A stretch of DNA of 64,000 nucleotides, from the NCBI RefSeq assembly GCF_020073745.1, contig NZ_JAIRAU010000047.1, positions 285,990-349,989 of the forward strand, read 5' to 3'. Position 1 is the first letter of the stretch. Every line of letters begins with the position of its first letter. Made by a program: the position numbers and the translations under genes. Of this stretch, positions 49,314-62,747 are shown in pieces. This DNA comes from Nannocystis pusilla. GTDB lineage: Bacteria; Myxococcota_A; Polyangia; Nannocystales; Nannocystaceae. The notes under the pieces were generated by a model. The model was not told where the DNA came from. It searched no databases and saw only the letters and a program-made list of their open reading frames with translations.

Positions 49314-52300
49314 GTCTCGGCCTGCCTGATCGGCGCCTGTCTGATCGGACTTGTCCCTCGGGACAGCCACGCCGCGCGCCCGGTCCGGCAGCTCGGCATG
49401 GTCGCCTCGACCGGCGCGCCGACCTGGCCGGCCCTGCACGCCGCGCCCGGGCTGCGCCCCACCGACCTGGTCGCCGGCCTCGGCGCGCCGCTGCTGCTCG
49501 CCCCGCCGCGCACCACCCCGCGGCGCCTGCCCGGCGGCCAGGCCGAGCCGCCCGCCGGCGAGCCGCCCGCCGGCGAGCCGCCCGCGAGCGAGGCGACGCC
49601 GGTCGAGCCTGTCCCCGAGGACATGCCCGATCAGCCAGGGCCTTCGGCACCTGGCCCCACGGGCAGCCCGTTGACGCGGCCGACCCCGAACCTCGCGCCG
49701 CCGCCGAGCGGCGACGATCTCGAGGCCGGCGACGAGGAGGTCGCGCCGGCGCCGGAGCCGACCAACGACAACGCCCCGCCAGTGACGGTGCTGGTGCCCG
49801 AGCCGGAGAAGCCCGACCCGGCCGACGAGGTCCCGCGCTTCCTCAAGGGCAAGAGCGTCCCGCCGTTCTGGATCGACCGCACCTACACGACGCACCGCAC
49901 GCGCGCGCTGACGCTGCCGCCGCTGTTCTTCGACCGCCGCGGCACCGCGACCCACCCGGAGAAGCTGTTCCACTTCAACCTGTCCTTGACGACAGGTTGG
50001 TACAGCCAGCGCACGGCCAAGCGGCGGTGGTTGTCGCCGGCGATCCTGTTCTTCGGCTCGTTCAGCGAGCGCACCAGCGGCTGGGGCGCGGTCGCGCTGC
50101 TGATGGGCTACAAGCGGGTCGGCGAGCAGTTCAGCTTCGGCCAGTTCCCGTTCGTGTGGCGGTGGGGCAACAAGTCGGTCAAGAACCTGATCGTCGTCCC
50201 CTTCCACTACCACCAGAAGACGCCCGACAGCATGCGCGGCTTCTCGGCGCTGCTGTTCTGGTACGGCCACAAGAACACCACCGACAAGGATCCGCTCAAC
50301 GACCTGCGCTACTTCGTCGGCGCGCCGCTGTTCTACCGCGTGACCCGCGGCCCGAGCACCGTCAACGTCGGCGTCCCGCTCTACGTGGGCGGGCAGAACA
50401 AGGCCCGCGGGGTCAAGTGGCACACGGTGCTGCCGTTCGTGCACTGGCAGTCGAGCGAGTACGGCAACCGCAAGGACCTGTGGACGCTGCTGTACGTGCA
50501 GCGCAGCGACAAGGCCCGCAGCCAGCGCACCTGGGCGGTCCCGCCGCTCCTCACGTTCTCGCGCCAGACCCCGACGCGCAAGCTGTTCTCGGCCACGCCG
50601 CTGGTGTGGCGCGCCGAGAACCGCGACCGCGGCAGCGTCGCCTGGTCGGCGTTCCCGTGGGTCAGCTACCGCGACCCGGAGCAGCGCAACCGGGTGCTGT
50701 TCCCGCTGTTCTGGCAGTTCGGCGACGTCAAGGCCGGCGTCACCAGCAGCGTGTTCGTCCCGCTGCTGTACGCGCGCAAGAGCCCGCAGGACACGCGGGT
50801 CTACACCCTGCTCGGAGGCGGTCGCGCCGGCAAGGACGGCCGCTGGGGCTTCGGCATCACCCCGCTGCTGACGTTCGTGCGCAACGAGCCCGGCGGCAAC
50901 AGCTTCCAGGTCGTCACGCCGCTGTTCGGCCACTCGCACGACCCGAGCGCCTACGACGGCAAGGGCTCGCGCACGCTGTCGGCCGGCGTGCTCGGCTTCT
51001 ACCGCCGCCGCGGCGAGCGCTGGGACGCCGGCCTCGCCCCGCTCGCGTTCGTCGGCCGCGACGGCACCCGCTCGTACCAGACCATCACCCCGCTGTTCTG
51101 GCACCGCCGCGACACCGACCCGGCCAAGCCGAGCGACCTGTGGGTGCTCGGCCCGATCTACGCCAAGAAGGTCAAGTCCGGCGGCCACGGCGGCCTCGCC
51201 CCGCTGGTGTTCGCCGGGCGCGACGACAAGTTCCGCTACGGCATCGTCCCGCCCTTGCTCTTCGGACATGTCCACGACGTCGAGGCCCAGCGCGCGCTGA
51301 CGGTGTCGCCGCTGTTCGCCCGCAGCAAGGGCCCCGACCACCGCACGATCGGGGTGCTCAACCTGTTCTGGGACGTGAAGCGCGCCGGCGACGAGCGCCA
51401 CACCGCGCTGTTCCCCCTCTTCTACCGGCGGCAGAAGGACGGCAAGGCGCTCACCCTGACCCCGCTGGGCGGCGCCTATCGCACGCCGGAGCAGCGGACC
51501 TGGTCGGCCGCGGCGCTCCTGTACGGCTTCCGCGGCTACAAGGATCCGGTCCGCCGCGGCTTCGGCCTGATCCCGCTGGTGTTCTACGACCGGCGCAAGG
51601 TCGAGGGCGGCGTCGCCAGCAACCTCGTCGTCGCGCCGCTGTTCGCCCGCCACCGCGCGCCGAGCGAGGACCTCGACATGTGGTCGCCGCTGGTCTGGCG
51701 CACCGCCACGCGCGGCGAGAAGCCGCGCAAGAACCTCGCGGTCGTCCCGTTCTACTTCCGCCAGCGCCAGCCCGAGGGCATCGACGTCGACGCCGGCCTG
51801 CTGCTGCCGTTCTTCTACAGCCGCGACAAGATCCGGCGCACGCACACGCTCATCGCCGGCCCGGCGTTCCACCGCCTCACCCGCACCTCGCTCCACGCCG
51901 GCGTGGTCCCGGTCTACTGGTGGATGGACTCGGCCGAGAAGCGGCGCCTGATCTCGCTGCCGCTCATCTTCCACCAGGCCGACAAGGCGAAGAACGAGCA
52001 CACCACCATCGCCGTGCCGTTCTGGTTCGACCGTCAGCGGGCCAACGGTCGCCGCTCGTGGGTCGCGTTCCCGTTCGTCGTCGGCGTCAAGGGTCAGTTC
52101 AACTTCACGCGCTTCAGCCTGGCCCCGCCGATCTACTTCGACTTCTTCCGCCTGCACAAGAACTACCGCTTCACCGGCGTGGTCCCGTTCGCGTTCCGCT
52201 ACCAGAAGTGCGGCTTCCGCGAGGAGGACGACGATCGTTGCCGCTACACGGTGTGGGGCTCGTGGCCGTTCTTCCTCTACGGCAAGGACGGCAAGGGCCG

Positions 52301-53243
52301 CACCAGCCACGGCGCGCTGATGCTCTACTACTTCGACAAGGACCCGGGCGGCCGCCGGTTCCTCACCTTGCTGGGCGGCGCCAACGTGCGGCCCGGCGAG
52401 CGCCTCACCTGGTACGCGCTCAACTTCGGCCACACGACCACGCGGCAGTTCAAGACCACCGTCTTCTTCCCGCTGTTCTTCCGCAAGGCCTACCGCACCA
52501 AGGATCGCAGCACCACCGTCGTGCTGCCGCCGCTGTTCGTCGGCGCCCGTCGCGAGGACTACCGGTGGTTCCAGGCCGGGCTGATGGTCTGGAACTTCCG
52601 CCGGCCGCACAAGGTGACCACCGTGGTCGCGCCGCCGCTCTTCTACACCGCGCACAGCTACGCCGAGCGGCGCATGACCTGGCTCTTGCCGCTGTTCCTG
52701 CGCGACAACAACTGGGCCAAGGACACCAGCTTCACCAGCGTCTTCCCGGCCCTGGTGTTCCAGCGCCGCCGCGGCCAGGACAACGACTGGGTCCAGTTCC
52801 CGCTGATCTGGCACATCGAGCGCGGCGAGAACTCGGGCACCTTCGGCGCCTTCTTGTGGTGGGACATCCGCCGCAAGGGCCGCGTCACGCAGGTCGTGCC
52901 GGCCATCTGGGCCCGCCAGCGCGGGCGCGGCCGCGAGACCCAGGTCATCGGCCCCGGCCTCGGCTGGTGGTGGCGCACCGAGCAGACGATCAGCGACGCC
53001 AAGGGCGACGGCATCGGCGTCAAGAAGGGCCTCCACTGGCGCGCCCTGTTCGGTCTCATCGGCGGCGGCAACGACGGCGCGCAGCGCTACTTCTCGCTGT
53101 TCGGCGGCCGGATCCCCCTGCGGCCCAAGGCCGTGTGGGAGCCGCGACGCAAGCGCCTCAAGGCCCAGACCCCCGCGGCGCCCAAGGCCCTGCCCCCGGC
53201 CGCGCCGAAGGCCCCGGTCGAGCCCGCGCAGCCCAAGCCCTGA
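49293..53243 (+). CDS. giant (about 1316 aa) aromatic-rich tandem-repeat lipoprotein of unknown function
   Basis: Signal/lipobox 'MRTRVVAVSAC' (duplicated 'ACLIG'). A Pro/Glu-rich linker is followed by about 1100 aa of degenerate 25-40 aa repeats, each beginning 'PLF/PLL...' and rich in W/F/Y/R. The frame also opens at ATG 49116, 49251 and 49272. Confidence 0.6.
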   Translation: MRTRVVAVSACLIGACLIGLVPRDSHAARPVRQLGMVASTGAPTWPALHAAPGLRPTDLVAGLGAPLLLAPPRTTPRRLPGGQAEPPAGEPPAGEPPASEATPVEPVPEDMPDQPGPSAPGPTGSPLTRPTPNLAPPPSGDDLEAGDEEVAPAPEPTNDNAPPVTVLVPEPEKPDPADEVPRFLKGKSVPPFWIDRTYTTHRTRALTLPPLFFDRRGTATHPEKLFHFNLSLTTGWYSQRTAKRRWLSPAILFFGSFSERTSGWGAVALLMGYKRVGEQFSFGQFPFVWRWGNKSVKNLIVVPFHYHQKTPDSMRGFSALLFWYGHKNTTDKDPLNDLRYFVGAPLFYRVTRGPSTVNVGVPLYVGGQNKARGVKWHTVLPFVHWQSSEYGNRKDLWTLLYVQRSDKARSQRTWAVPPLLTFSRQTPTRKLFSATPLVWRAENRDRGSVAWSAFPWVSYRDPEQRNRVLFPLFWQFGDVKAGVTSSVFVPLLYARKSPQDTRVYTLLGGGRAGKDGRWGFGITPLLTFVRNEPGGNSFQVVTPLFGHSHDPSAYDGKGSRTLSAGVLGFYRRRGERWDAGLAPLAFVGRDGTRSYQTITPLFWHRRDTDPAKPSDLWVLGPIYAKKVKSGGHGGLAPLVFAGRDDKFRYGIVPPLLFGHVHDVEAQRALTVSPLFARSKGPDHRTIGVLNLFWDVKRAGDERHTALFPLFYRRQKDGKALTLTPLGGAYRTPEQRTWSAAALLYGFRGYKDPVRRGFGLIPLVFYDRRKVEGGVASNLVVAPLFARHRAPSEDLDMWSPLVWRTATRGEKPRKNLAVVPFYFRQRQPEGIDVDAGLLLPFFYSRDKIRRTHTLIAGPAFHRLTRTSLHAGVVPVYWWMDSAEKRRLISLPLIFHQADKAKNEHTTIAVPFWFDRQRANGRRSWVAFPFVVGVKGQFNFTRFSLAPPIYFDFFRLHKNYRFTGVVPFAFRYQKCGFREEDDDRCRYTVWGSWPFFLYGKDGKGRTSHGALMLYYFDKDPGGRRFLTLLGGANVRPGERLTWYALNFGHTTTRQFKTTVFFPLFFRKAYRTKDRSTTVVLPPLFVGARREDYRWFQAGLMVWNFRRPHKVTTVVAPPLFYTAHSYAERRMTWLLPLFLRDNNWAKDTSFTSVFPALVFQRRRGQDNDWVQFPLIWHIERGENSGTFGAFLWWDIRRKGRVTQVVPAIWARQRGRGRETQVIGPGLGWWWRTEQTISDAKGDGIGVKKGLHWRALFGLIGGGNDGAQRYFSLFGGRIPLRPKAVWEPRRKRLKAQTPAAPKALPPAAPKAPVEPAQPKP

Positions 53244-53405
53244 TCGGCGGCAGTTGTCCTCCTTGCGAATGCAAGGACGATGACGACGCACGGATGACGC
53301 CGATGGGCGCGATGCGGTGCACCCGCGTCGCGCCCACACATCATGCTTGCCTGCGGCCACGAGGGCCCCGGGCGCGGACCCGGAGCCCACGTCGCGCCGT
53401 GGTGA

Positions 53406-55142
<1,737 letters not shown>

Positions 55143-55340
55143 GGTCCTCGGGTCTAAGATTCGCGGGCCGCCCACGCACGCATGGGCGAACCAGCGGAGT
55201 CGACGTAGCGTTTCGGATCGCGAGCGATCGATCAAGCGTGCAAGTCCGCGACGCGCGTCGTCGTGCCAACGAATTTCACCCGCGAAAACACCGACGCGGG
55301 CCGCCCCGGCCGGAGCGACCCGCGCGTCATGCCACATCAC

Positions 55341-57086
55341 TCACATCGGCTGGATGCCGCAATCGTCGACCTCGTTCGGAATGCAACCCTCGCAATCCCA
55401 CCGGAAGTTGTCGAGCAGCGCGACCGTGGTCAGGTATTGATCGGACATGTCGGCCAAGAAGAAGCCGATCGTGATCTCGGCACCCGGCTGCACACCGCCC
55501 TTGGCGGTGAACCAGTCGGTGCAGGCGTGCTGCTCGAAGCCCGTGCCCTGCAGCTGCGGCTCGGCGAAGGTGTAGCCGGGGCCGTCGTAGTACGGGTCGA
55601 GCGCCGTGATCGTCAGCGGCAGGCCGCTGGCCGGATTGTTCGGGTCGGGGATGAAGGTGACGTTGCCGCTGTACGGGTCGACCGGGGGCATCGCGTTCGG
55701 GTTGTCGGGCGTCGGATCGACCTGATAGGCGATCAGCAGGTCGTTGTACGAAGAACCGACCCACGTCGGCCACTCCGCCGAGCAGAACACGAAGTCGAAG
55801 GTGTAGCCGAACGTGCCCGCCGGCACCTTCGTATTGAAGGTGAAGTAGATGCGGTCGTTGGCGTTGCCGTTGGTCATCGCCCACTGGGCCTGGAGCGTGT
55901 CCGAGCAGTCGCGGTCGCCGTTCGGCACGCCGTTGTCGCAGTTCTTGAAGGGCGTGCCGCCGGCGCCGTTGTTGCTGCCGTTCTGGTTGTTGAACGGCGC
56001 CGGCAGGACGCCGCCGTCGGGGTTGAAGTTGTCGTCGTGCGTCTGCGAATTCGCCGGCTCGACGACGACGCCCTGGCCGTTCGGCGGGGTGATCGTGCCC
56101 GTCGACAGCATCAGGAAGGCCGCGCCCTCGCGCGGGCTGTAGAGCAGCTGCGGCGGCGTATTCGCGTCCATGTCGTGGTCGTAGGTGTACGTGCCGAAGC
56201 CCTTCGCCACCTGCCACGAATTGTCGACCGCCTGCGAGAACTGGAAGTTGCTCGTCATGATCGAGTCGGCCGGGGTGCTGTTGCAGATGCCGATCGCCTT
56301 GAGCGCGTTGTTCTTGTCGGCCTTGTTGCTGATCACGTCGGGCGCGTCGTCGCACACGACATAGTTGGCCGGGGCCTGACAGCTGGCCGGGAAGTAGGTG
56401 GTGCAATTGTTGAGGCAGAAGTCGCCGGGGCCGCCGTCGACCGTGTTGCCGTCGTCGCACTCCTCGCCGGCCTCCTTGATGCCGTTGCCGCAATCGGCCG
56501 GCGAGAACGTGCAGTCGGGCTCGCAGCCGTCGCCGGGGACCACGTTGCCGTCGTCACACTGCTCGGGGCGCTCGACCGTGCCGTTGCCGCAGTCCTGCAG
56601 CGGCGTGGCCGTCTGGCAGTCGGCGCTGCACTCGTCGCCGTCCTCGGTGTTGCCGTCGTCACACGCCTCGCCGGCCTCGACGTTGTTGTTGCCGCAAACG
56701 GCCGTGATCGTGCACGTCGGCTCACAGCCGTCGCCCGCGACGTCGTTGCCGTCGTCGCACTCCTCGCTGCCCTCCTGAACGCCGTTCCCGCAGTCCGGCA
56801 CGCCCTCCGTCACGCCCTCCGTCTCGGCCGCCGTGGCCGTCCCCTCCGTCGTGCCCTGCGTGGCGCTGTCGCTCACGCCCGTGGTCGGCGTGCCCGTCGT
56901 CGGCTGCGAGGTCTCGGTCGCCGAGTCGCCGCCCGCGGTCGCGTCGACCGTGGCTTGTGAGGCGGTGTCGCCCTCGGTCTGACCGTCGGACGCGCTCGAA
57001 AGTTTGCCGCCGTCGTCGCCGCACGCGGCGAGCGCCGAGGCGAGAAAGCCGGCCGTAAGGATTCGAAAAGTCGGTCGAGTCATCAT
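55341..57086 (-). CDS. myxobacterial Cys-rich repeat lipoprotein, paralog 2
   Basis: About 581 aa from ATG 57086 (MMTRPTFRILTAGFLASALAACG). Same architecture as paralog 1. Confidence 0.7.
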   Translation of the reverse strand: MMTRPTFRILTAGFLASALAACGDDGGKLSSASDGQTEGDTASQATVDATAGGDSATETSQPTTGTPTTGVSDSATQGTTEGTATAAETEGVTEGVPDCGNGVQEGSEECDDGNDVAGDGCEPTCTITAVCGNNNVEAGEACDDGNTEDGDECSADCQTATPLQDCGNGTVERPEQCDDGNVVPGDGCEPDCTFSPADCGNGIKEAGEECDDGNTVDGGPGDFCLNNCTTYFPASCQAPANYVVCDDAPDVISNKADKNNALKAIGICNSTPADSIMTSNFQFSQAVDNSWQVAKGFGTYTYDHDMDANTPPQLLYSPREGAAFLMLSTGTITPPNGQGVVVEPANSQTHDDNFNPDGGVLPAPFNNQNGSNNGAGGTPFKNCDNGVPNGDRDCSDTLQAQWAMTNGNANDRIYFTFNTKVPAGTFGYTFDFVFCSAEWPTWVGSSYNDLLIAYQVDPTPDNPNAMPPVDPYSGNVTFIPDPNNPASGLPLTITALDPYYDGPGYTFAEPQLQGTGFEQHACTDWFTAKGGVQPGAEITIGFFLADMSDQYLTTVALLDNFRWDCEGCIPNEVDDCGIQPM

Positions 57087-57453
57087 GGTCGTGTCCTGTA
57101 TGCGAAGCATGTGGGCCGTCCTCGAATGCATGGCGGTCCCGCCTTGATTCCTCATGATTCATGAGTGATCAAGGCCGGTGCCTCGCGCAGCGGTCCGCAG
57201 GCCTCATTGGTGAATCTGCAGCCTCGACCGCGCGAGACCGTCGTTCCGGCGCAGGAAGCACGCGATTCGTCGTCGCTGCCGATGGTGATCCACCGCAAGC
57301 TGTCGAGCTCGCTGGAAGACCACGGGTAGACGTCACATTTGTTCGACTCGCGCGATTCGACGCAACATCACACCATCGATTCCGCCCGCTCGAGACGCGA
57401 CGAGGCGCGCACGTCGCCGTGCGCGCCGCGTCACTCGTACCTCGAGCCGTCGA

Positions 57454-59187
<1,734 letters not shown>

Positions 59188-59503
59188 GGCGAAGGTATCC
59201 TTGAACGTGGTGGCGCGCCCTTCCAGGACGGGCACGCCGCTGCCGCAGCGGCGCGCGCGCGGAATGACGTGAATCAACCGGGCCACGATTTCGGACTTCG
59301 CCGCAGGATCAAGCGTCCACCGACCTGGTGCCTTCAAACCATGCCTGACGACGATCGTGGCAAATCTGCGCCCGCAGAGGCGCTGCCGCCGCGCGCCGCT
59401 CGTTCGCTACTCCAGCGACCGCGAACCTTCGATCCGGACAACAGAGGCGCAGACTCCGCCGCAGCTGCAGAGACTGCCATGAATCAACTTCATCGCCTGT
59501 CCT

Positions 59504-60031
59504 TCAGAACCTGTCCGAAGGGACCTGTCCACTTGTTGTCGTCACGCGCCCCCGCTGGCGAACGGCGGTCAGCCGCGCCGGACCGATCCCGCGCACACGC
59601 CTCAAGTCATCGACCGTGGAGTACGGTCTCCCTTCGATGATTCGCCGCGCGAGCTCGGGACCGATCCCGGGCATACTCTCGAGCTCGCTGGCCGACGCTC
59701 GATTGAGGTCGACAGGGACCGCGAGCGCCTCGAGATCGTCTCCTCGCATTCGCCCCCAGCCGAGCTCGCCAGGTCGCGGAGATCCGCCTGCGCACAATGA
59801 TGCACGCACGATCGCGTCGCCGTGGTTCAGCACCCCGCTCGCCGTGGCGTCGCCGCACACGCTCGCGACGTCGCGCGGCGCCTCGTCGTCGCAGCGCAGC
59901 ACGCCGTCGACCTCGACGGCGAATTCGCAGGCGACCCGCACCAGCAGCTCCGGCGCCGCCGGCCTCAGCCATGCCGCCAGCGCCACCGCGAGCGCGGCGA
60001 TCAGCGCGAGCCCTGCCCCGACGCGCATCAC
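59504..60031 (-). CDS. comEA: ComEA-like helix-hairpin-helix DNA-binding protein
   Basis: 175 aa. N-terminal TM 'GAGLALIAALAVALAAWL'. C-terminal tandem HhH 'DLNRASASELESMPGIGPELARRIIEGRPYSTVDDLRRVRGIGPARL'. The last 10 codons are encoded by palindromic units. Confidence 0.7.
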   Translation of the reverse strand: MMRVGAGLALIAALAVALAAWLRPAAPELLVRVACEFAVEVDGVLRCDDEAPRDVASVCGDATASGVLNHGDAIVRASLCAGGSPRPGELGWGRMRGDDLEALAVPVDLNRASASELESMPGIGPELARRIIEGRPYSTVDDLRRVRGIGPARLTAVRQRGRVTTTSGQVPSDRF

Positions 60032-60042
60032 CGCGACCGGCC

Positions 60043-61338
60043 TCAGGCGGCGCTGCTCGCCGGCCCCTCGTGCAGCCCGAACCCGGCGTGCAGCGCCCGC
60101 AGGGCCAGCTCGCCGTAGCGCTCGTGCACGATCACCGAGACCTTGATCTCCGAGGTCGAGACCATCTGGATGTTGATGTTCTCGCGCCCGAGGATCTCGA
60201 ACGCCTTGGACGCCACGCCCGCGTGGGTGCGCATGCCGACGCCGACGATCGAGATCTTGCAGATGTCGGGGTCGCTGAGGATCTCCATCGGCCCGGCGCC
60301 CGGGAGGTCGAGGCTTCGCAGCCCGGCGACCGCCTTCTTGAGGTCGTTCTCCGGCACCGTGAAGGTGACGTCGGTCGACCCGCCGCGGCTCGCGTTCTGG
60401 ATGATCATGTCGACGATGATGTCGGCCCCGGCGAGCACGCCGAAGATCGACGCGATCGTGCCCGGGACGTCCGGCACGTTGGTGAGGGTGACCTTGGCCT
60501 CGTTGCGGTCGAGGGCGACGCCGGTCACGACCGCGGACTCCAGACTCTTCTGCTCAGACACGATCCACGTCCCTTCGCTCTCGTTCAGGCTCGATCGCAC
60601 GTGCACCGGCACGCCGAACTTCATGGCGAACTCGACGCTGCGGATCTGCAGCACCTTGGCGCCGAGGCTCGCCAGCTCGAGCATCTCCTCGTAGGTGATG
60701 CGGTGGATCTTGCGCGCGCGCGGCTCGATGCGCGGGTCGGTGGTGTAGACCCCGTCGACGTCGGTCAAGATCTCGCAGACATCGGCCTTCAGCGCCGCCG
60801 CCAGCGCGACCGCCGACGTGTCGGAGCCGCCGCGGCCGAGCGTGGTGATGTTGCCGGCCGCGTTCAACCCCTGAAAGCCGGCGCACACCACCACGTTGCC
60901 GGCGCTCAGCTCCTGGCGGATGCGCCCGTGGGAAAACCCGAGGATCCGCGCGTTGGTGTAGGTGGCGTCGGTCTGCAGGCCGATCTGGTGGCCGACCAGC
61001 GAGATGGACCGACCCCCCGCGTTCTGGATCGCCATCGCCAGCAGCGCGGCGCTGACGTTCTCGCCGGTGCTGACCAGCTGGTCGAGCTCGCGCTCGTGGG
61101 CCCGGTCGCCGGCCCGCTCGCTCGCCACGTACGGCCCCTTGCTGGTCAGCGTGACGTCGCCCTCGCTGGCGAGCTGGTTGGACAGACCGATCAGGCGATT
61201 GGTCTCGCCCGCCATCGCCGAGACGACGACCACGACGTCCTGACCCGTGCGCTGGGTCGCGAGGACCCGCTGCGCGACGTTGCGGATCCGCTCGAGCGTG
61301 GCGACCGACGAGCCGCCGAATTTCTGCACGATGAGCAT
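60043..61338 (-). CDS. lysC: aspartate kinase
   Basis: About 431 aa from ATG 61338 ([25 protein letters not shown]...). Amino-acid kinase domain and two C-terminal ACT domains. Confidence 0.85.
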   Translation of the reverse strand: MLIVQKFGGSSVATLERIRNVAQRVLATQRTGQDVVVVVSAMAGETNRLIGLSNQLASEGDVTLTSKGPYVASERAGDRAHERELDQLVSTGENVSAALLAMAIQNAGGRSISLVGHQIGLQTDATYTNARILGFSHGRIRQELSAGNVVVCAGFQGLNAAGNITTLGRGGSDTSAVALAAALKADVCEILTDVDGVYTTDPRIEPRARKIHRITYEEMLELASLGAKVLQIRSVEFAMKFGVPVHVRSSLNESEGTWIVSEQKSLESAVVTGVALDRNEAKVTLTNVPDVPGTIASIFGVLAGADIIVDMIIQNASRGGSTDVTFTVPENDLKKAVAGLRSLDLPGAGPMEILSDPDICKISIVGVGMRTHAGVASKAFEILGRENINIQMVSTSEIKVSVIVHERYGELALRALHAGFGLHEGPASSAA

Positions 61339-61402
61339 GGCTTTCGATCGGGACGCGCGGTCCCGTGCGCGCATGCTGTACCTCAATTGCGGTGCAAGGG
61401 CA

Positions 61403-61708
61403 CTAGTCTTTTCGCGACTTGAACAGCGGCAGCTGAAACAGCGCCTCGGGCGCCCCGCCGTCACGCCCGCTGCGGCGGCGCTGCGCCTCTTCCTCGAGGA
61501 TCGTCTTGATCGCCCCGCGACAGCTGCCGCACCCGGTGCCCGCCTCGCAGGCGTCGCCAACATCTTCGACGCTGCGGGCCCCCTGGCGCACGCAGGCGAC
61601 CACCTCGTGCTCGAAGACCGTGTTGCACTGGCACAGCAGCACCCGCACCCCTCCGGGATACCGCAGCGACCGCCGCCCGTCGACGCCCCGCCGCGAGCGC
61701 GGGCGCAC
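61403..61708 (-). CDS. BFD-like [2Fe-2S]-binding domain protein
   Basis: '[47 protein letters not shown]' is a Bfd-type C-x-C...C-x2-C domain. The true start is likely internal, giving a product of about 75 aa. Confidence 0.5.
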   Translation of the reverse strand: MRPRSRRGVDGRRSLRYPGGVRVLLCQCNTVFEHEVVACVRQGARSVEDVGDACEAGTGCGSCRGAIKTILEEEAQRRRSGRDGGAPEALFQLPLFKSRKD

Positions 61709-61766
61709 GCGCGCACCGCCGCGCGCGCCGCAAGCTGACTATTCGGACATGTCTCTCAAGACATGG

Positions 61767-62501
61767 CTATTCGGCCAGCGCGGCGAGGTAGTCGGCGACG
61801 GCCCGCGCGAGCCCGACGAACAGCGCGTGGCTGATGAGCGCGTGGCCGATCGAGGCCTCGTCGAGGTGCGGCAGGCGGCTGAACAGCGGCAGGTTGTCGA
61901 GGTCGAGGTCGTGACCGGCGTTGACGCCGAGCCCGAGCGAGTGCGCCAGCTCGGCCGCGGCGGCGAACTGCGCCAGCGAGGCCGCGCCCGCGCCGGCCGC
62001 GAAGGCCCGCGCGTACGGCTCGGTGTACAGCTCGATGCGCTGCGCGCCGACGTCGGCGGCCCAGCGCACCGCGGCGGGGTCGGCCTCGATGAACAGCGAG
62101 ACCCGCACCCCGAGCTTGTGCAGCCGGGCCACGACCGCCCCGAGCTCGGCGCGCGAGGTGTCGGGCGGCCACCCGGCCTGGCTCGTGATCTCGCCCGGCC
62201 GCACCGGCACGAGGGTGCACTGGTGCGGCCGCAGCTCCTCGACCATCGCCAGCAGGTCGGGCCGCGGGTCGCCCTCGATGTTGAACTCGACGCGATCGCG
62301 CAGCGGCGCCAGCTCGGCCGCGATCGCCCGCGCGTCGGCGGCCCGGATGTGGCGCTCGTCGGCCCGCGGGTGCACGGTGATGCCCGGCGCGCCGGCCGCG
62401 ACGATCGTCCGCACCGCCTCGATCACGCTCGGGACGTCGCCGCCGCGGGCGTTGCGGAGGGTGGCGACCTTGTTGACGTTGACGCTGAGGCGGGCGGCCA
62501 T
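61767..62501 (-). CDS. pdxJ: pyridoxine 5'-phosphate synthase PdxJ
   Basis: About 244 aa from ATG 62501 (MAARLSVNVNKVATLRNARGGDVPSVIEA...). PdxJ TIM-barrel signature ('GITVHPRADERHI', 'NIEGDP'). Confidence 0.85.
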   Translation of the reverse strand: MAARLSVNVNKVATLRNARGGDVPSVIEAVRTIVAAGAPGITVHPRADERHIRAADARAIAAELAPLRDRVEFNIEGDPRPDLLAMVEELRPHQCTLVPVRPGEITSQAGWPPDTSRAELGAVVARLHKLGVRVSLFIEADPAAVRWAADVGAQRIELYTEPYARAFAAGAGAASLAQFAAAAELAHSLGLGVNAGHDLDLDNLPLFSRLPHLDEASIGHALISHALFVGLARAVADYLAALAE

Positions 62502-62747
62502 GCCGCGCGGATAGCATCGGCGCCCGCGCTTGTCACCTGGCGAGTGTCGCGGGCGCGATGTTCGATCTCTCGCCTCGCGCCGGATCCGCCCACCGCCGGG
62601 CGCGAGGCAGGCGCCGGCACACGGAAGGCTCGCCGAACTCGCCGTCCCTGGCTCATGCGGGCCCGACGGGGCGCAAAACGAGGCGACGAGCGCCCGGAAG
62701 TCCGCGCGCCCTGGCCGGACCCGTTGAAGCCGCCGGCGCCGGGCACT

